A stretch of DNA of 64,000 nt, taken from a bacterium. GTDB lineage: Bacteria; UBA8248. The notes below the pieces were generated by a model, which saw only the letters and a program-made list of their open reading frames with translations, did no database searches and was not told the origin of the DNA. Where the stretch lies: positions 1,216,001 through 1,280,000 of the forward strand of contig OZ241326.1 of the NCBI GenBank assembly GCA_965199855.1, given 5' to 3'. Positions 1 to 8,579 of the stretch are shown here, piece after piece. A program made the translations under genes and the position numbers. Positions within the stretch are counted from its first letter, which is position 1. Each line of letters opens with the position of its first letter.

Positions 1-131
1 CGCTCCGCGACGACGAGAACTTCAGCCACGTGAGCGCGTGGGAGGCGCCGCGCAACGGCGGACGCCCGACGCTCCACAAGGAAAGCCTGGAGTTCGAGGA
101 AGTCCAGTTCAGCGTGAGGAGCTACAAGTAA
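1..131 (+). CDS. sdhA: succinate dehydrogenase/fumarate reductase flavoprotein subunit, 3' end (partial)
   Basis: Frame from nt 3 reads [14 protein letters not shown]...[19 protein letters not shown], typical SdhA C-terminus; TAA overlaps sdhB ATG. Confidence 0.85.
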   Translation, partial: LRDDENFSHVSAWEAPRNGGRPTLHKESLEFEEVQFSVRSYK

Positions 132-880
132 TGAACCTCACCCTCAGGGTCTGGCGTCAGAAGGACGCGCGGGCGGCGGGCAGGCTGGAAACCTACGAGG
201 CGAGGGACGTCATCCCCGACATGTCCTTCCTGGAGATGCTCGACGTGACGAACGAGCGGCTGATCCTCGAAGGGAAGGAGCCCATCGCCTTCGACCACGA
301 CTGCCGCGAGGGCATCTGCGGCACGTGCTCCCTGGTGATCAACGGCAAGGCGCACGGGGGCTTCAAGGGCACGACGACCTGCCAGCTCCACATGCGGAAG
401 TTCAGGGACGGCGACGCCATCACCATCGAGCCCTGGCGCGCGCGGGGCTTTCCCGTCGTCCGGGACCTGGTGGTGGATCGCTCCTCGTTCGACCGCGTCA
501 TCCAGGCGGGCGGGTTCATCTCCGCGAACGCGGGCGGGGCGCCGGACGGCAACGCCCTCCCCGTGCCGAAGCCCGACGCGGACGCCGCCATGGACGCGGC
601 GGCCTGCATCGGCTGCGGCGCCTGCGCGGCGTCGTGCCCGAACGGCTCGGCCATGCTCTTCGTGGCGGCGAAGGTCTCCCACCTCGCGCACCTGCCCCAG
701 GGCCTGCCCGAGCGCGGCCGGCGGGTGCGCCGCATGGTGGCGCGGATGGACGCGGAGGGCTTCGGCAACTGCGCGAACCACGCGGAATGCGAGGCGATGT
801 GCCCCAAGGAGATCAGCGTGAGCCACATCGCCAAAATGAACCGCGAGTTCATCCGCGCGGCCGCGCGCGGGGAGGAGTAG
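131..880 (+). CDS. sdhB: succinate dehydrogenase/fumarate reductase iron-sulfur subunit
   Basis: CREGICGTC 2Fe-2S motif, [12 protein letters not shown] and [12 protein letters not shown] clusters; start at ATG 131. Confidence 0.95.
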   Translation: MNLTLRVWRQKDARAAGRLETYEARDVIPDMSFLEMLDVTNERLILEGKEPIAFDHDCREGICGTCSLVINGKAHGGFKGTTTCQLHMRKFRDGDAITIEPWRARGFPVVRDLVVDRSSFDRVIQAGGFISANAGGAPDGNALPVPKPDADAAMDAAACIGCGACAASCPNGSAMLFVAAKVSHLAHLPQGLPERGRRVRRMVARMDAEGFGNCANHAECEAMCPKEISVSHIAKMNREFIRAAARGEE

Positions 881-994
881 AGGGAGGCTCCTCCCGCCGC
901 CGCTTTCAGACGCTTTTCTCAGCTCGTTTTTCCGGTGAATCCGCGGGGAGCGACTTTCACCTTCAGCGCGCTCGGGGTGAGACGGACATTCGGC

Positions 995-1639
995 TCAGGC
1001 TCCGCCGTTTCGGGGTTTATTGCGCGCGGCCTTGATGAGTTTTTCAAGGCAGCAAATCGCCCGGAATAGGCTTTCCGAGCGGTTGACCGCGACTTCGGGC
1101 CGCCATTTGTTCCGGACATACTCGATGAGCCGCGATGCATAGGCGGCTCCCACGCGGCGACCGCTTCCTTCACGAGGCGCCATATCCCGCTTGATGGCTG
1201 GCCGACGGGAACGCCGAGCCAGATTCACCATATCGTCCTTTGGTTTTTCAAGGTTCTCAGGGTTTTCGGATATCCGATTCGCCGACACGCTTAAATAAAC
1301 TGAGAGGGCTTTGGCGTCCGCCATCAGCCATGCCTCGACTTCTCGGACGGCGATCCGAAAGCAAAGGTTGGGCGCGGGATGAGGCAGCCACTTATCGCGC
1401 AAGGCCGGCGCGCAATCCGCGTCGCGATCGAGATCGATCAATACGAGCCATGGTCCATGAATGGAACGAGCTGCATTGTTGAAGCAGTCGATCTGCTTGA
1501 ATAGGTAAGGTTTTCCGGTTCTTCCATATACTTCGCCCGTCGCGCCGCCGACATGCGCGATGAGCTTCTGCGCGACCGCCTCGTCCAAGTATCCTTCAAC
1601 GGCGACGGTTATGCGCGGAACCACTTCCGGCTCACGCAT
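995..1639 (-). CDS. DUF4276-like/TOPRIM-fold protein, partner of ABC ATPase
   Basis: N-terminal VAVEGYLDE, DLDRD (DxD), REVEAWLMAD, C-terminal RSESL; overlaps ATPase stop. Confidence 0.65.
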   Translation of the reverse strand: MREPEVVPRITVAVEGYLDEAVAQKLIAHVGGATGEVYGRTGKPYLFKQIDCFNNAARSIHGPWLVLIDLDRDADCAPALRDKWLPHPAPNLCFRIAVREVEAWLMADAKALSVYLSVSANRISENPENLEKPKDDMVNLARRSRRPAIKRDMAPREGSGRRVGAAYASRLIEYVRNKWRPEVAVNRSESLFRAICCLEKLIKAARNKPRNGGA

Positions 1640-2780
1640 CCGCGAACAGGGGCAATTGGTCGGCGGCCTCCGGCCGCGTTTTGGGCAGTATGATGTCGCC
1701 GAGCGGAAGCCCGCCCTCCAGCAACGGGGAGATAGCGGCGTCCGATGCCGCTGGCCTTACTTCTGTTCTTTCCTTTCTGGGAAGCAAAAGCAACGTTTCA
1801 TCGAGTCCGATTCCCTCGTCGCGCAGAATATCCTGCGAATGCGTGCTCATGAATATCTGCTTTCCGGTGTTGCGCTGAACGCGCGCCAGCATCTGCGGGA
1901 GCCACCGCACGATCTCCGGGTGGAGCGAGAGTTCCGGCTCTTCAAGCAGTAGCGACTCGCCTTTTTCCATAGCCGCCCAGAGAAGCCCGAACAGGCGCAG
2001 CGTCCCATCCGAGAACTGCTCCTCGGTCTGCCATGCGCCTCGAGGCCGCCAATGCCGATACTTGCCGCGCAGGTGGGGCGTTCCCCGTTCGTCGTGCGTC
2101 AAAGCGATCTCTTGAAATTGCGGCACCGCCACGCGAAGCGCCTCCTGAATCCGTCTCATGCGGGCATCCCGCGTCCGCTTCTGCGTCTTCGCTATCTGCT
2201 CCAAGAAATCGCCGCCGAAAGGATCGTTCGAGCGGCCTTTCGATCTGTCTGGATCGCGGATGAGCTGCGGCACGATATGCAGGTAGCGGATGGACGCGAA
2301 GAACGCGGCCACGTCGCGGAACCGCTGGTTCATGTTCACCTGCTCGAGGTGGGTCTGGGTCAACCGCTCAGCATCGGCGCGATCTTCCTTGTCGGGTCGG
2401 TTGATGATGGTCTTGTCGTCTCGCAAAACGCGCTCCTGGCGGACCAGCGGCCGGCGGCGGCTGTCCTGGTGAAAGACGAGCTCGTATTGCCAGCGACGAT
2501 CCCCGCCTTCCTGGAGCTCGACGCCAATTTCGACGTCCGGCTTTCTTCGCGCCGCAAGGCAGCGGATGGCGTTCACTCCGCCCCGCCGTCGGGCCGCTTC
2601 TCCGAAGCCGCCGCCCTGCGAGGCGAGATCGCGCAGGAACCGGAAGGCGTCCAGCAAGTTGGATTTCCCCGATGCGTTGGGGCCGACGAGGAACATGCGA
2701 TCCCGGAGGTCGATTTCCGCGTCTATGAAATTCTTCCAGTTTTTGAGGCGCAGTTTGCGGAACTTCAGCACGGCACCCAT
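1632..2780 (-). CDS. AAA_21-type ABC ATPase (OLD/AbiEii/PARIS-like)
   Basis: Walker A GPNASGKS, signature FSDGT, Walker B LLLEEPE, H-loop STHS; probable start ATG 2780. Confidence 0.85.
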   Translation of the reverse strand: MGAVLKFRKLRLKNWKNFIDAEIDLRDRMFLVGPNASGKSNLLDAFRFLRDLASQGGGFGEAARRRGGVNAIRCLAARRKPDVEIGVELQEGGDRRWQYELVFHQDSRRRPLVRQERVLRDDKTIINRPDKEDRADAERLTQTHLEQVNMNQRFRDVAAFFASIRYLHIVPQLIRDPDRSKGRSNDPFGGDFLEQIAKTQKRTRDARMRRIQEALRVAVPQFQEIALTHDERGTPHLRGKYRHWRPRGAWQTEEQFSDGTLRLFGLLWAAMEKGESLLLEEPELSLHPEIVRWLPQMLARVQRNTGKQIFMSTHSQDILRDEGIGLDETLLLLPRKERTEVRPAASDAAISPLLEGGLPLGDIILPKTRPEAADQLPLFADA

Positions 2781-3097
2781 CCTTTGATTTTTTTCGTCGG
2801 GCGATTCGGACTCCCTCAAGCTCTCCCGGCCGCCGGGCGGAATCGCCCGCGCCGGGGCCGGCTTCGGCAAGGCGGCGTTCCGCAACACCGGCATTGATGA
2901 TACTGCTTGCCGGAAGAGATGCCAAACCGGGCCGCCGTTGCCAAAGCACCCCCCGTGCTTTCATAAACGCTCTTTGAAATTCGCTGTTTTGAGGAAGCGA
3001 GGTGATGTCCCCCCTTCCCCATCCCCGCGAATATGTGGTATGCTGGGCGCTCCCTGGAGAAGCCGCCGCGTCCGCGCCCAGCAGAGGAGGAAGGCCC

Positions 3098-3829
3098 GTG
3101 TCCACGCGCGTAGAGATTCTGGATCGCTCGGAGATGACGGAGCAGCTCAAGGAGATGGCGACGCTCGACCCGAAGGAGACCGTCATCGTCACCATCGACA
3201 TGCACCGGGGGCATCTGGACCCGGAGATCGCCACGATGCCGGCGAGCCCCGAGGACTGCGAGAGCGTCATCCGCCATTCGGAGGAGCTGCTCGGCTTCGC
3301 CAGAAGCCACGGGATTCCGATCGTCCACGTGAAGCTGGTGTTCCGCAAGATTCCCGGCCTCGGAAGCGAGGGGATGAAGGTCGTCTTCTGGAAGGCGCTC
3401 CACGACATCCAGGACGAGAAGAACCGCCTCACCCTGGGACGCAAGAGCACGGTGAACGATCACAACATCATGGGCGAGCCGACCACCGAGATGATCCCCT
3501 CCCTCGTGGAGGAGGGCGACTACGTCATCGACAACAAGAAGCGCCTCGACTGCTTCATGGGAACGGATCTCAAGGCGCTCCTCGATTCCCTGAACGCGAG
3601 GAACGTCTGCCTCATGGGCATCAACACGAACACCTGCGTCCTGAACACGGCCTTCACCGCCTTCAACTACGACTATCGGGTGGTGATGCTCTCCGACTGC
3701 GTGGCGAGCATGTATGGGCCCGACCTGCACGTCTTCGGGATGCAGAACGTCATGCGGTGCCTCGGCTGGGTGTTCGACAACGAGGAGTTCATGGAGAAGG
3801 TGGCCGAGGGCGCCGAGGCGAAGGCGTAG
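3098..3829 (+). CDS. isochorismatase/cysteine hydrolase family protein
   Basis: IDMH, K, GINTNTCV catalytic triad pattern; AGAGGAGG before GTG 3098. Confidence 0.85.
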   Translation: MSTRVEILDRSEMTEQLKEMATLDPKETVIVTIDMHRGHLDPEIATMPASPEDCESVIRHSEELLGFARSHGIPIVHVKLVFRKIPGLGSEGMKVVFWKALHDIQDEKNRLTLGRKSTVNDHNIMGEPTTEMIPSLVEEGDYVIDNKKRLDCFMGTDLKALLDSLNARNVCLMGINTNTCVLNTAFTAFNYDYRVVMLSDCVASMYGPDLHVFGMQNVMRCLGWVFDNEEFMEKVAEGAEAKA

Positions 3830-3918
3830 CCCGCCGTCCTTCGGGACGGAGACCTTGAGGAGCGCGCGCGGCCGGGACGTCATTCTTGACGCTTTGCTTT
3901 CAGGAGGGGATTGTCGGG

Positions 3919-4713
3919 ATGCCGAAAGTTCAGGTGGGAGACGTGGAGCTCTACTACGAGGAATACGGGTCGGGGACGCCCGTGGTTCTCATTCACGGCC
4001 TCGCGGGCGACTGCGGCGCGTGGAAGGCGCAGATCGAGAGTCTCGAGAAGAACTACCGCGTGCTCGCCTTCGACAACCGGGGGGCGGGGAGGAGCTCCGC
4101 TCCCGACTATCCCTATACGTCGAAGCACTTCGCGGACGACGCCATCGGCCTCATGGACGCGGTGGGCATCGCGGAGCCCGCCCACGTCATCGGCCGCTCG
4201 ATGGGGGGCGCCATCGCCCAGATCATGGCGCTCGACTATCCCGACCGCGTGCGCAGCCTCCTCATCACCGCCTCGTTCGGCAAGCTGGACAGATACGGCT
4301 ACCAGATTCTCTACAACATCAACGAGGTGGTGAAGGCCCAGGGCTACGGCCCGGCGGCGAAGCACCAGTCGCTCTTCTTCTTCCCGCCGCGCTACTTCAA
4401 CGAGAACAAGGAGCAGCTCGACGCCTTCGAGGCGGGGCTGGCGGACACGGATCGCCCGGTGCGCGGCTACGTTCACTCCACGCACGCCTGCCTCGCGCAC
4501 GACGCCCTGGATCGCCTCCGCGAGGTGCGGTGCCCGACCCTGGTGCTCGCCGGCGGGCGGGACGTGCTGTGCGCGGCCTCCGCCTCGCGGGAGATCGCCG
4601 ACCGCGTGCCGAACTGCGAGATCAAGATCTACGAGGAGGCGAGCCACTTCTTCCTCATCCAGTGCTTCGAGGAATCCCTGCGGGACATCGAGGCGTTTCT
4701 GGCGAAGAACTAG
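3919..4713 (+). CDS. alpha/beta-fold hydrolase
   Basis: LIHG, DNRGAGRS, GRSMGG nucleophile elbow, ASH catalytic His. Confidence 0.9.
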   Translation: MPKVQVGDVELYYEEYGSGTPVVLIHGLAGDCGAWKAQIESLEKNYRVLAFDNRGAGRSSAPDYPYTSKHFADDAIGLMDAVGIAEPAHVIGRSMGGAIAQIMALDYPDRVRSLLITASFGKLDRYGYQILYNINEVVKAQGYGPAAKHQSLFFFPPRYFNENKEQLDAFEAGLADTDRPVRGYVHSTHACLAHDALDRLREVRCPTLVLAGGRDVLCAASASREIADRVPNCEIKIYEEASHFFLIQCFEESLRDIEAFLAKN

Positions 4714-4893
4714 GCGCGGCGGGCGGGAGCGGGTGCGCCTCCGCCGGGGGCGATCCCGACGGGGCGGAGGGATTGCGGAATCCATCGCTTTCCCGCCGGC
4801 TCGCGGCTTCCGCCGCGATGGCGATGGAGAGCGAAACATCCTTCGACGCGCGTCGAACGCGCCGTCCAAAATGTTCGCGGGGGCGTTTTCCGA

Positions 4894-6087
4894 ATGGCGA
4901 AATTCACCGATCCCATCGAAGTGCGCGGCCTGCGCGTGAAGAACCGCATTCTCATGTCCGCGATGACGACCTCGCGCGCGGAGGAGGACGGCGCGCCCTC
5001 CGCGTGGAGCCGCGCCCACTACGAGGCGCGCGCCCGGGGGGGAGCGGCGGTCTGCTTCACCGAGGCGACCTACGTCAACCAGGAGGGCAAGGGGTTCCCG
5101 AACCAGCTGGGAACCCACGAGGACGCGCTCATCGAGCCTCTGGGCGCGCTCATCCGGGCGGTGGAGGCGGCGGGCGCGCCCCTGGCGGTTCAGCTCTATC
5201 ACGCCGGCAGGACGGCGCTCGGCGCCATCACGGGCATGGAGCCCGTGGGGCCCTCCCCCATCCCGCACCCCACGGAGGATGAGGTTCCCCGCGAGATGAG
5301 CGAGGCGGAGATAGGCGCCGCCGTCCGCGCCTACGGCGAGGCGGCGCGGCGGGCGCGCGCGGCGGGCGCGCGGTTTCTGGAGATTCACGGCGCCACCTGG
5401 TATCTGTGCCAGCAGTTCTTCTCCCCCGCCTCGAACCGGCGGACGGACGGCTACGGCGGAACGCTTGAGGGCAGAATGCGCTTTCCCCTCGAAGTCGCGC
5501 GGGCGGTGCGCGAGGCGGCGGGAGACGAGGTGGTCCTGAGCTACCGCCTGGGGCTTCTCGAACCCTTCGAGAACGGCTTCACGGTGGAGGACACCCTCGC
5601 CCTCGCCCCCGCGCTCGTGGAGGCGGGGGTGGACGTCCTGCACTGCTCTCGGAACGCGCGCGTGGGGCTTCCCGTCGGGCCCGATCTGTACAACCCCGCC
5701 TTCGCCCGGCTGCGCGCGGCGGTGGACGTTCCCCTCGTCGCCAACGGGGCGGCCTTCGAGCCTGAGCGGGCGCAGGCGTATCTCGACGCGGGCGCGGATT
5801 TCGTGGGCGTGGGGCGCGCCATGCTCACCGACCCCGACTACGCGAGCAAGGCGATCGCGGGGCGCGGCGCGGAGATTCTCCGGTGCGTCGAGTGCAAGCC
5901 GTGCGCCTACATGACGCAGAGCCGGTGTCCCGACGAGGCGTATCCCGGGGGCGTTCCCGCCTCCATGCGCGAGATTCTGAATATCGCCTCGAGCATGGCG
6001 GGCGGCGGCTACGCGCCCACGGCGAAGAAGCGCCTCACGAAGGACGCGCCCGTGGAGGCCCAGCCCGGGGAATCCTCCATCTCCTGA
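4894..6087 (+). CDS. NADH:flavin oxidoreductase (Old Yellow Enzyme family)
   Basis: KNRILMSAM, QLYHAGR, EIHGATWYL, SNRRTDGYGGTLEGRMRF, C-terminal CVECKPC. Confidence 0.9.
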   Translation: MAKFTDPIEVRGLRVKNRILMSAMTTSRAEEDGAPSAWSRAHYEARARGGAAVCFTEATYVNQEGKGFPNQLGTHEDALIEPLGALIRAVEAAGAPLAVQLYHAGRTALGAITGMEPVGPSPIPHPTEDEVPREMSEAEIGAAVRAYGEAARRARAAGARFLEIHGATWYLCQQFFSPASNRRTDGYGGTLEGRMRFPLEVARAVREAAGDEVVLSYRLGLLEPFENGFTVEDTLALAPALVEAGVDVLHCSRNARVGLPVGPDLYNPAFARLRAAVDVPLVANGAAFEPERAQAYLDAGADFVGVGRAMLTDPDYASKAIAGRGAEILRCVECKPCAYMTQSRCPDEAYPGGVPASMREILNIASSMAGGGYAPTAKKRLTKDAPVEAQPGESSIS

Positions 6088-6128
6088 GGCCGGCGAGGCG
6101 AACCCCGCCTCTCGTGATCGCCCTCGCC

Positions 6129-6232
6129 GTAGGGGGCGCTCCTGAACGCCCCCGCCGCCTCCGATGCGAATCCCTCCCCGAAACGGGCGGTTCACGAATT
6201 GTAGGGCGGGCCCGAGGAGGGGCCGCCCCTAC
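6129..6232. repeat. GTAG-family REP-like palindromes
   Basis: GTAGGGGGCG..CGCCCCC (6129-6153) and GTAGGGCGG..CCGCCCCTAC (6201-6232) between convergent genes. Confidence 0.6.
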
Positions 6233-6273
6233 GGAATCACGAAATCCCCACCTCCGCCGAACGAACGGCGCGG

Positions 6274-6741
6274 CTATTGCCCGGCCGGTCGGCCGCCCAT
6301 CCGCCGGCCGCTCTCATACCACTCGGCGCCGGGCTGTTCGGGGGGATCGTCGTAGCGCTTGATCTCGATTTCGACGTTGTCGGGGTCGTGGAAATAGGTG
6401 GCGTAGCCCACGCCGAAGGCGCCGAGATTCTTCTCCTCGCCCCGGTGGGGCTCGCGTCCGCTCGCGCGCAGGCGGGCGAGGACGGCGCGGTATTCGGCGT
6501 CGTCGAAGGAGATGGCGAGGTGATCCATCCCGCTCCTCGCCCCGACCTCCCCGGGGACGAACCCCTCGGAATGGAACAGGACGAGGACGTCCTCGCCTAC
6601 CCGGAAGACGACCTGCTCCACCTCGCCGCCGCGGATGGCGCGGCGGCCGACGGGCGCGAGGCCCATCACGTCGCGGTAGAAGGCGATGGAGCGGTCGAGG
6701 TTCGAGACGCGCAGGGCTACGTGCTCGATCATGCGCTTCAT
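6274..6741 (-). CDS. VOC/glyoxalase family protein
   Basis: IEHVALRVSNLDRSIAFYRDVMG, DHLAI, YFHDPDNVEIE. Confidence 0.9.
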   Translation of the reverse strand: MKRMIEHVALRVSNLDRSIAFYRDVMGLAPVGRRAIRGGEVEQVVFRVGEDVLVLFHSEGFVPGEVGARSGMDHLAISFDDAEYRAVLARLRASGREPHRGEEKNLGAFGVGYATYFHDPDNVEIEIKRYDDPPEQPGAEWYESGRRMGGRPAGQ

Positions 6742-6766
6742 GGGGCGGCCTCGAACCCGGCGGGGG

Positions 6767-7291
6767 CTAGTCCTCGTAGGCCTTCACGGTGGGCACCGTG
6801 ACGGGGGCTTCGGGCTCCGTCCTGCCCTCGGCCGCGGCGCGAATCGCCTCGATGATCTGGCGATACCCCGTGCAGCGGCAGAGGCTGCCGGTGAGCCAGT
6901 GCCGGATTTCCTCCTCGGAGGGGTCGGGATTCTCCTCGAGCAGCTTCTTCGCCGAGATGATCATGCCCGGCGTGCAGTAGCCGCACTGGGTCGCGCCGTA
7001 GGAGGCGAAGGCGGCCTGGAGGGGATGCAGATCGGCCACCCCGCCGCCGACGCCCTCTATCGTCTCGACGCGCGCGCCCTCGGCGCGAACCGCCAGCACG
7101 AGGCAGGAGCTGATGAGGGCGTCGTCCATGATGACGGCGCAGGAGCCGCACGCGCCCTGGTCGCAGGCGCGCTTGGTGCCCATCATGCCCAGATCCTCGC
7201 GGATGACGTCCACCAGATAGCGGTTGACGGGAACCAGCGCCTCGACGGGCTCCCCGTTCAGAACGAAAGATACCATCTTCTTCTCGGACAT
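6767..7291 (-). CDS. (2Fe-2S)-binding small subunit, CoxS/XdhA family
   Basis: [28 protein letters not shown]; start ATG 7291. Confidence 0.9.
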   Translation of the reverse strand: MSEKKMVSFVLNGEPVEALVPVNRYLVDVIREDLGMMGTKRACDQGACGSCAVIMDDALISSCLVLAVRAEGARVETIEGVGGGVADLHPLQAAFASYGATQCGYCTPGMIISAKKLLEENPDPSEEEIRHWLTGSLCRCTGYRQIIEAIRAAAEGRTEPEAPVTVPTVKAYED

Positions 7292-7580
7292 GGGCGTCCT
7301 CCCGTTTCGCGGACGCGGCGGCCTGCGGCGCGCGCCCTCGCGTTTCTCCCGACGTCGTTTCCCTGAATATACCACGCTCCGGCGCCGGACGCGAGGGGGA
7401 ATTTCCGCCCGGGCCCGCGCCGGGGTTCTTCGTTCGGGAGCGCGCCCCCGGCTTCTCCGCCCACGCCACGGGCGTTCCGGGCGCGTGTCTTCGCATGACG
7501 CTGAAATTCCTCTCGGAGGCGACCAGGAAGGGAAGGCGACCCCCTCATATGCAAGGAGAATTTATCTTTCTATATCGAGA

Positions 7581-7608
7581 CAACCCCTTGACAAAAGTCA
7601 AGAGGTTG
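7581..7608. promoter_or_regulatory. inverted repeat overlapping a TTGACA -35 box (possible operator)
   Basis: CAACCCCTTGAC-AAAA-GTCAAGAGGTTG, 12-bp arms with one mismatch. Confidence 0.45.
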
Positions 7609-7861
7609 TGTGAATTGCTTTTGGTTGCCAAGGGGGAGGCGAGAAATGGGCCGAGTTCACCCTGGAAAACACCATCATCAAGGTGCCGCGATTGTCAGAT
7701 TTTGCCCAGACGGCTGTTCAGGTGCCGCCAAACGGATCGCTGGCATGGCGGGCCTATAGTGTTCGATACCCGAAACTTCCAGCCAGAATGAAGCATCTGC
7801 GTTGCGTCCGTTCGCTCTATCACGGAGCGCCCGCCCTCATCGCAAACAAAAGGGAGAAAAC

Positions 7862-8104
7862 ATGGAGACCTTGGCTTCTTTCTACTGCGAGACATATGAC
7901 GAGGCCGTTGAGGAGGCTCAACGCCGCAAGTCGTCTCCGGAAGAACGGAGCATGATTCATTGCATCATGGATTCGCCCTACGGGAACGGATATGTCGTCC
8001 GGTCGGTCGATGCCGAGCTCTTTTGTGAGATTATTGCCGACAGCCCGGCCCCAACCCCTAGGCTCGGCCTCAGTTCTTGGCCGAAAAGCGCTCTCGGACG
8101 ATGA
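7862..8104 (+). CDS. hypothetical protein
   Basis: GGGAGA RBS before ATG 7862; ATGA coupling to next gene. Confidence 0.6.
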   Translation: METLASFYCETYDEAVEEAQRRKSSPEERSMIHCIMDSPYGNGYVVRSVDAELFCEIIADSPAPTPRLGLSSWPKSALGR

Positions 8105-8526
8105 CGGAAAACCCTGAAAACAGAGATTTGCCAGCTCCGGTTGGACCTGAGCAGGAACAACTGGAGCTTTTCTTCGCTATCGAGCGTCAGCGCATAGAAA
8201 GCAATGATCGGCGAACGGAAGTCGTGCGCGAGGCTATTCACGCGAGCAGCGCCGCGGATGAGCGGCAGTACAAATACCACATGGCGCGATTGGAGAACGA
8301 AAAGAAGATAGCTCAGAACAAGCATCTTTTCGCCAAGCAGGCGCTCTCTTTTGCCAGCATCATTTTTACGGTGCCGATGGCTTTGTTGTTTTGGATGCTT
8401 TTCTTCGGCGATGCGGGCCAGACCGCGTTGGCCAAAGACCTGCTCGGCGCAATCGGAACCGCAGTAGGCGGAGGCGGCGTGTTGTTCCTGCTGGCGCGCG
8501 CCATGCGGCGACTGTTGAATTATTGA
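8101..8526 (+). CDS. hypothetical two-TM membrane protein (DUF2335-like architecture)
   Basis: charged helical N-terminus then two hydrophobic segments; ATGA overlap. Confidence 0.65.
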   Translation: MTENPENRDLPAPVGPEQEQLELFFAIERQRIESNDRRTEVVREAIHASSAADERQYKYHMARLENEKKIAQNKHLFAKQALSFASIIFTVPMALLFWMLFFGDAGQTALAKDLLGAIGTAVGGGGVLFLLARAMRRLLNY

Positions 8527-8579
8527 TCGCCGCCCGCTATGGTGAGCGACCCTCGCCTTCAGCGCCCCCCGCGCCGGAA

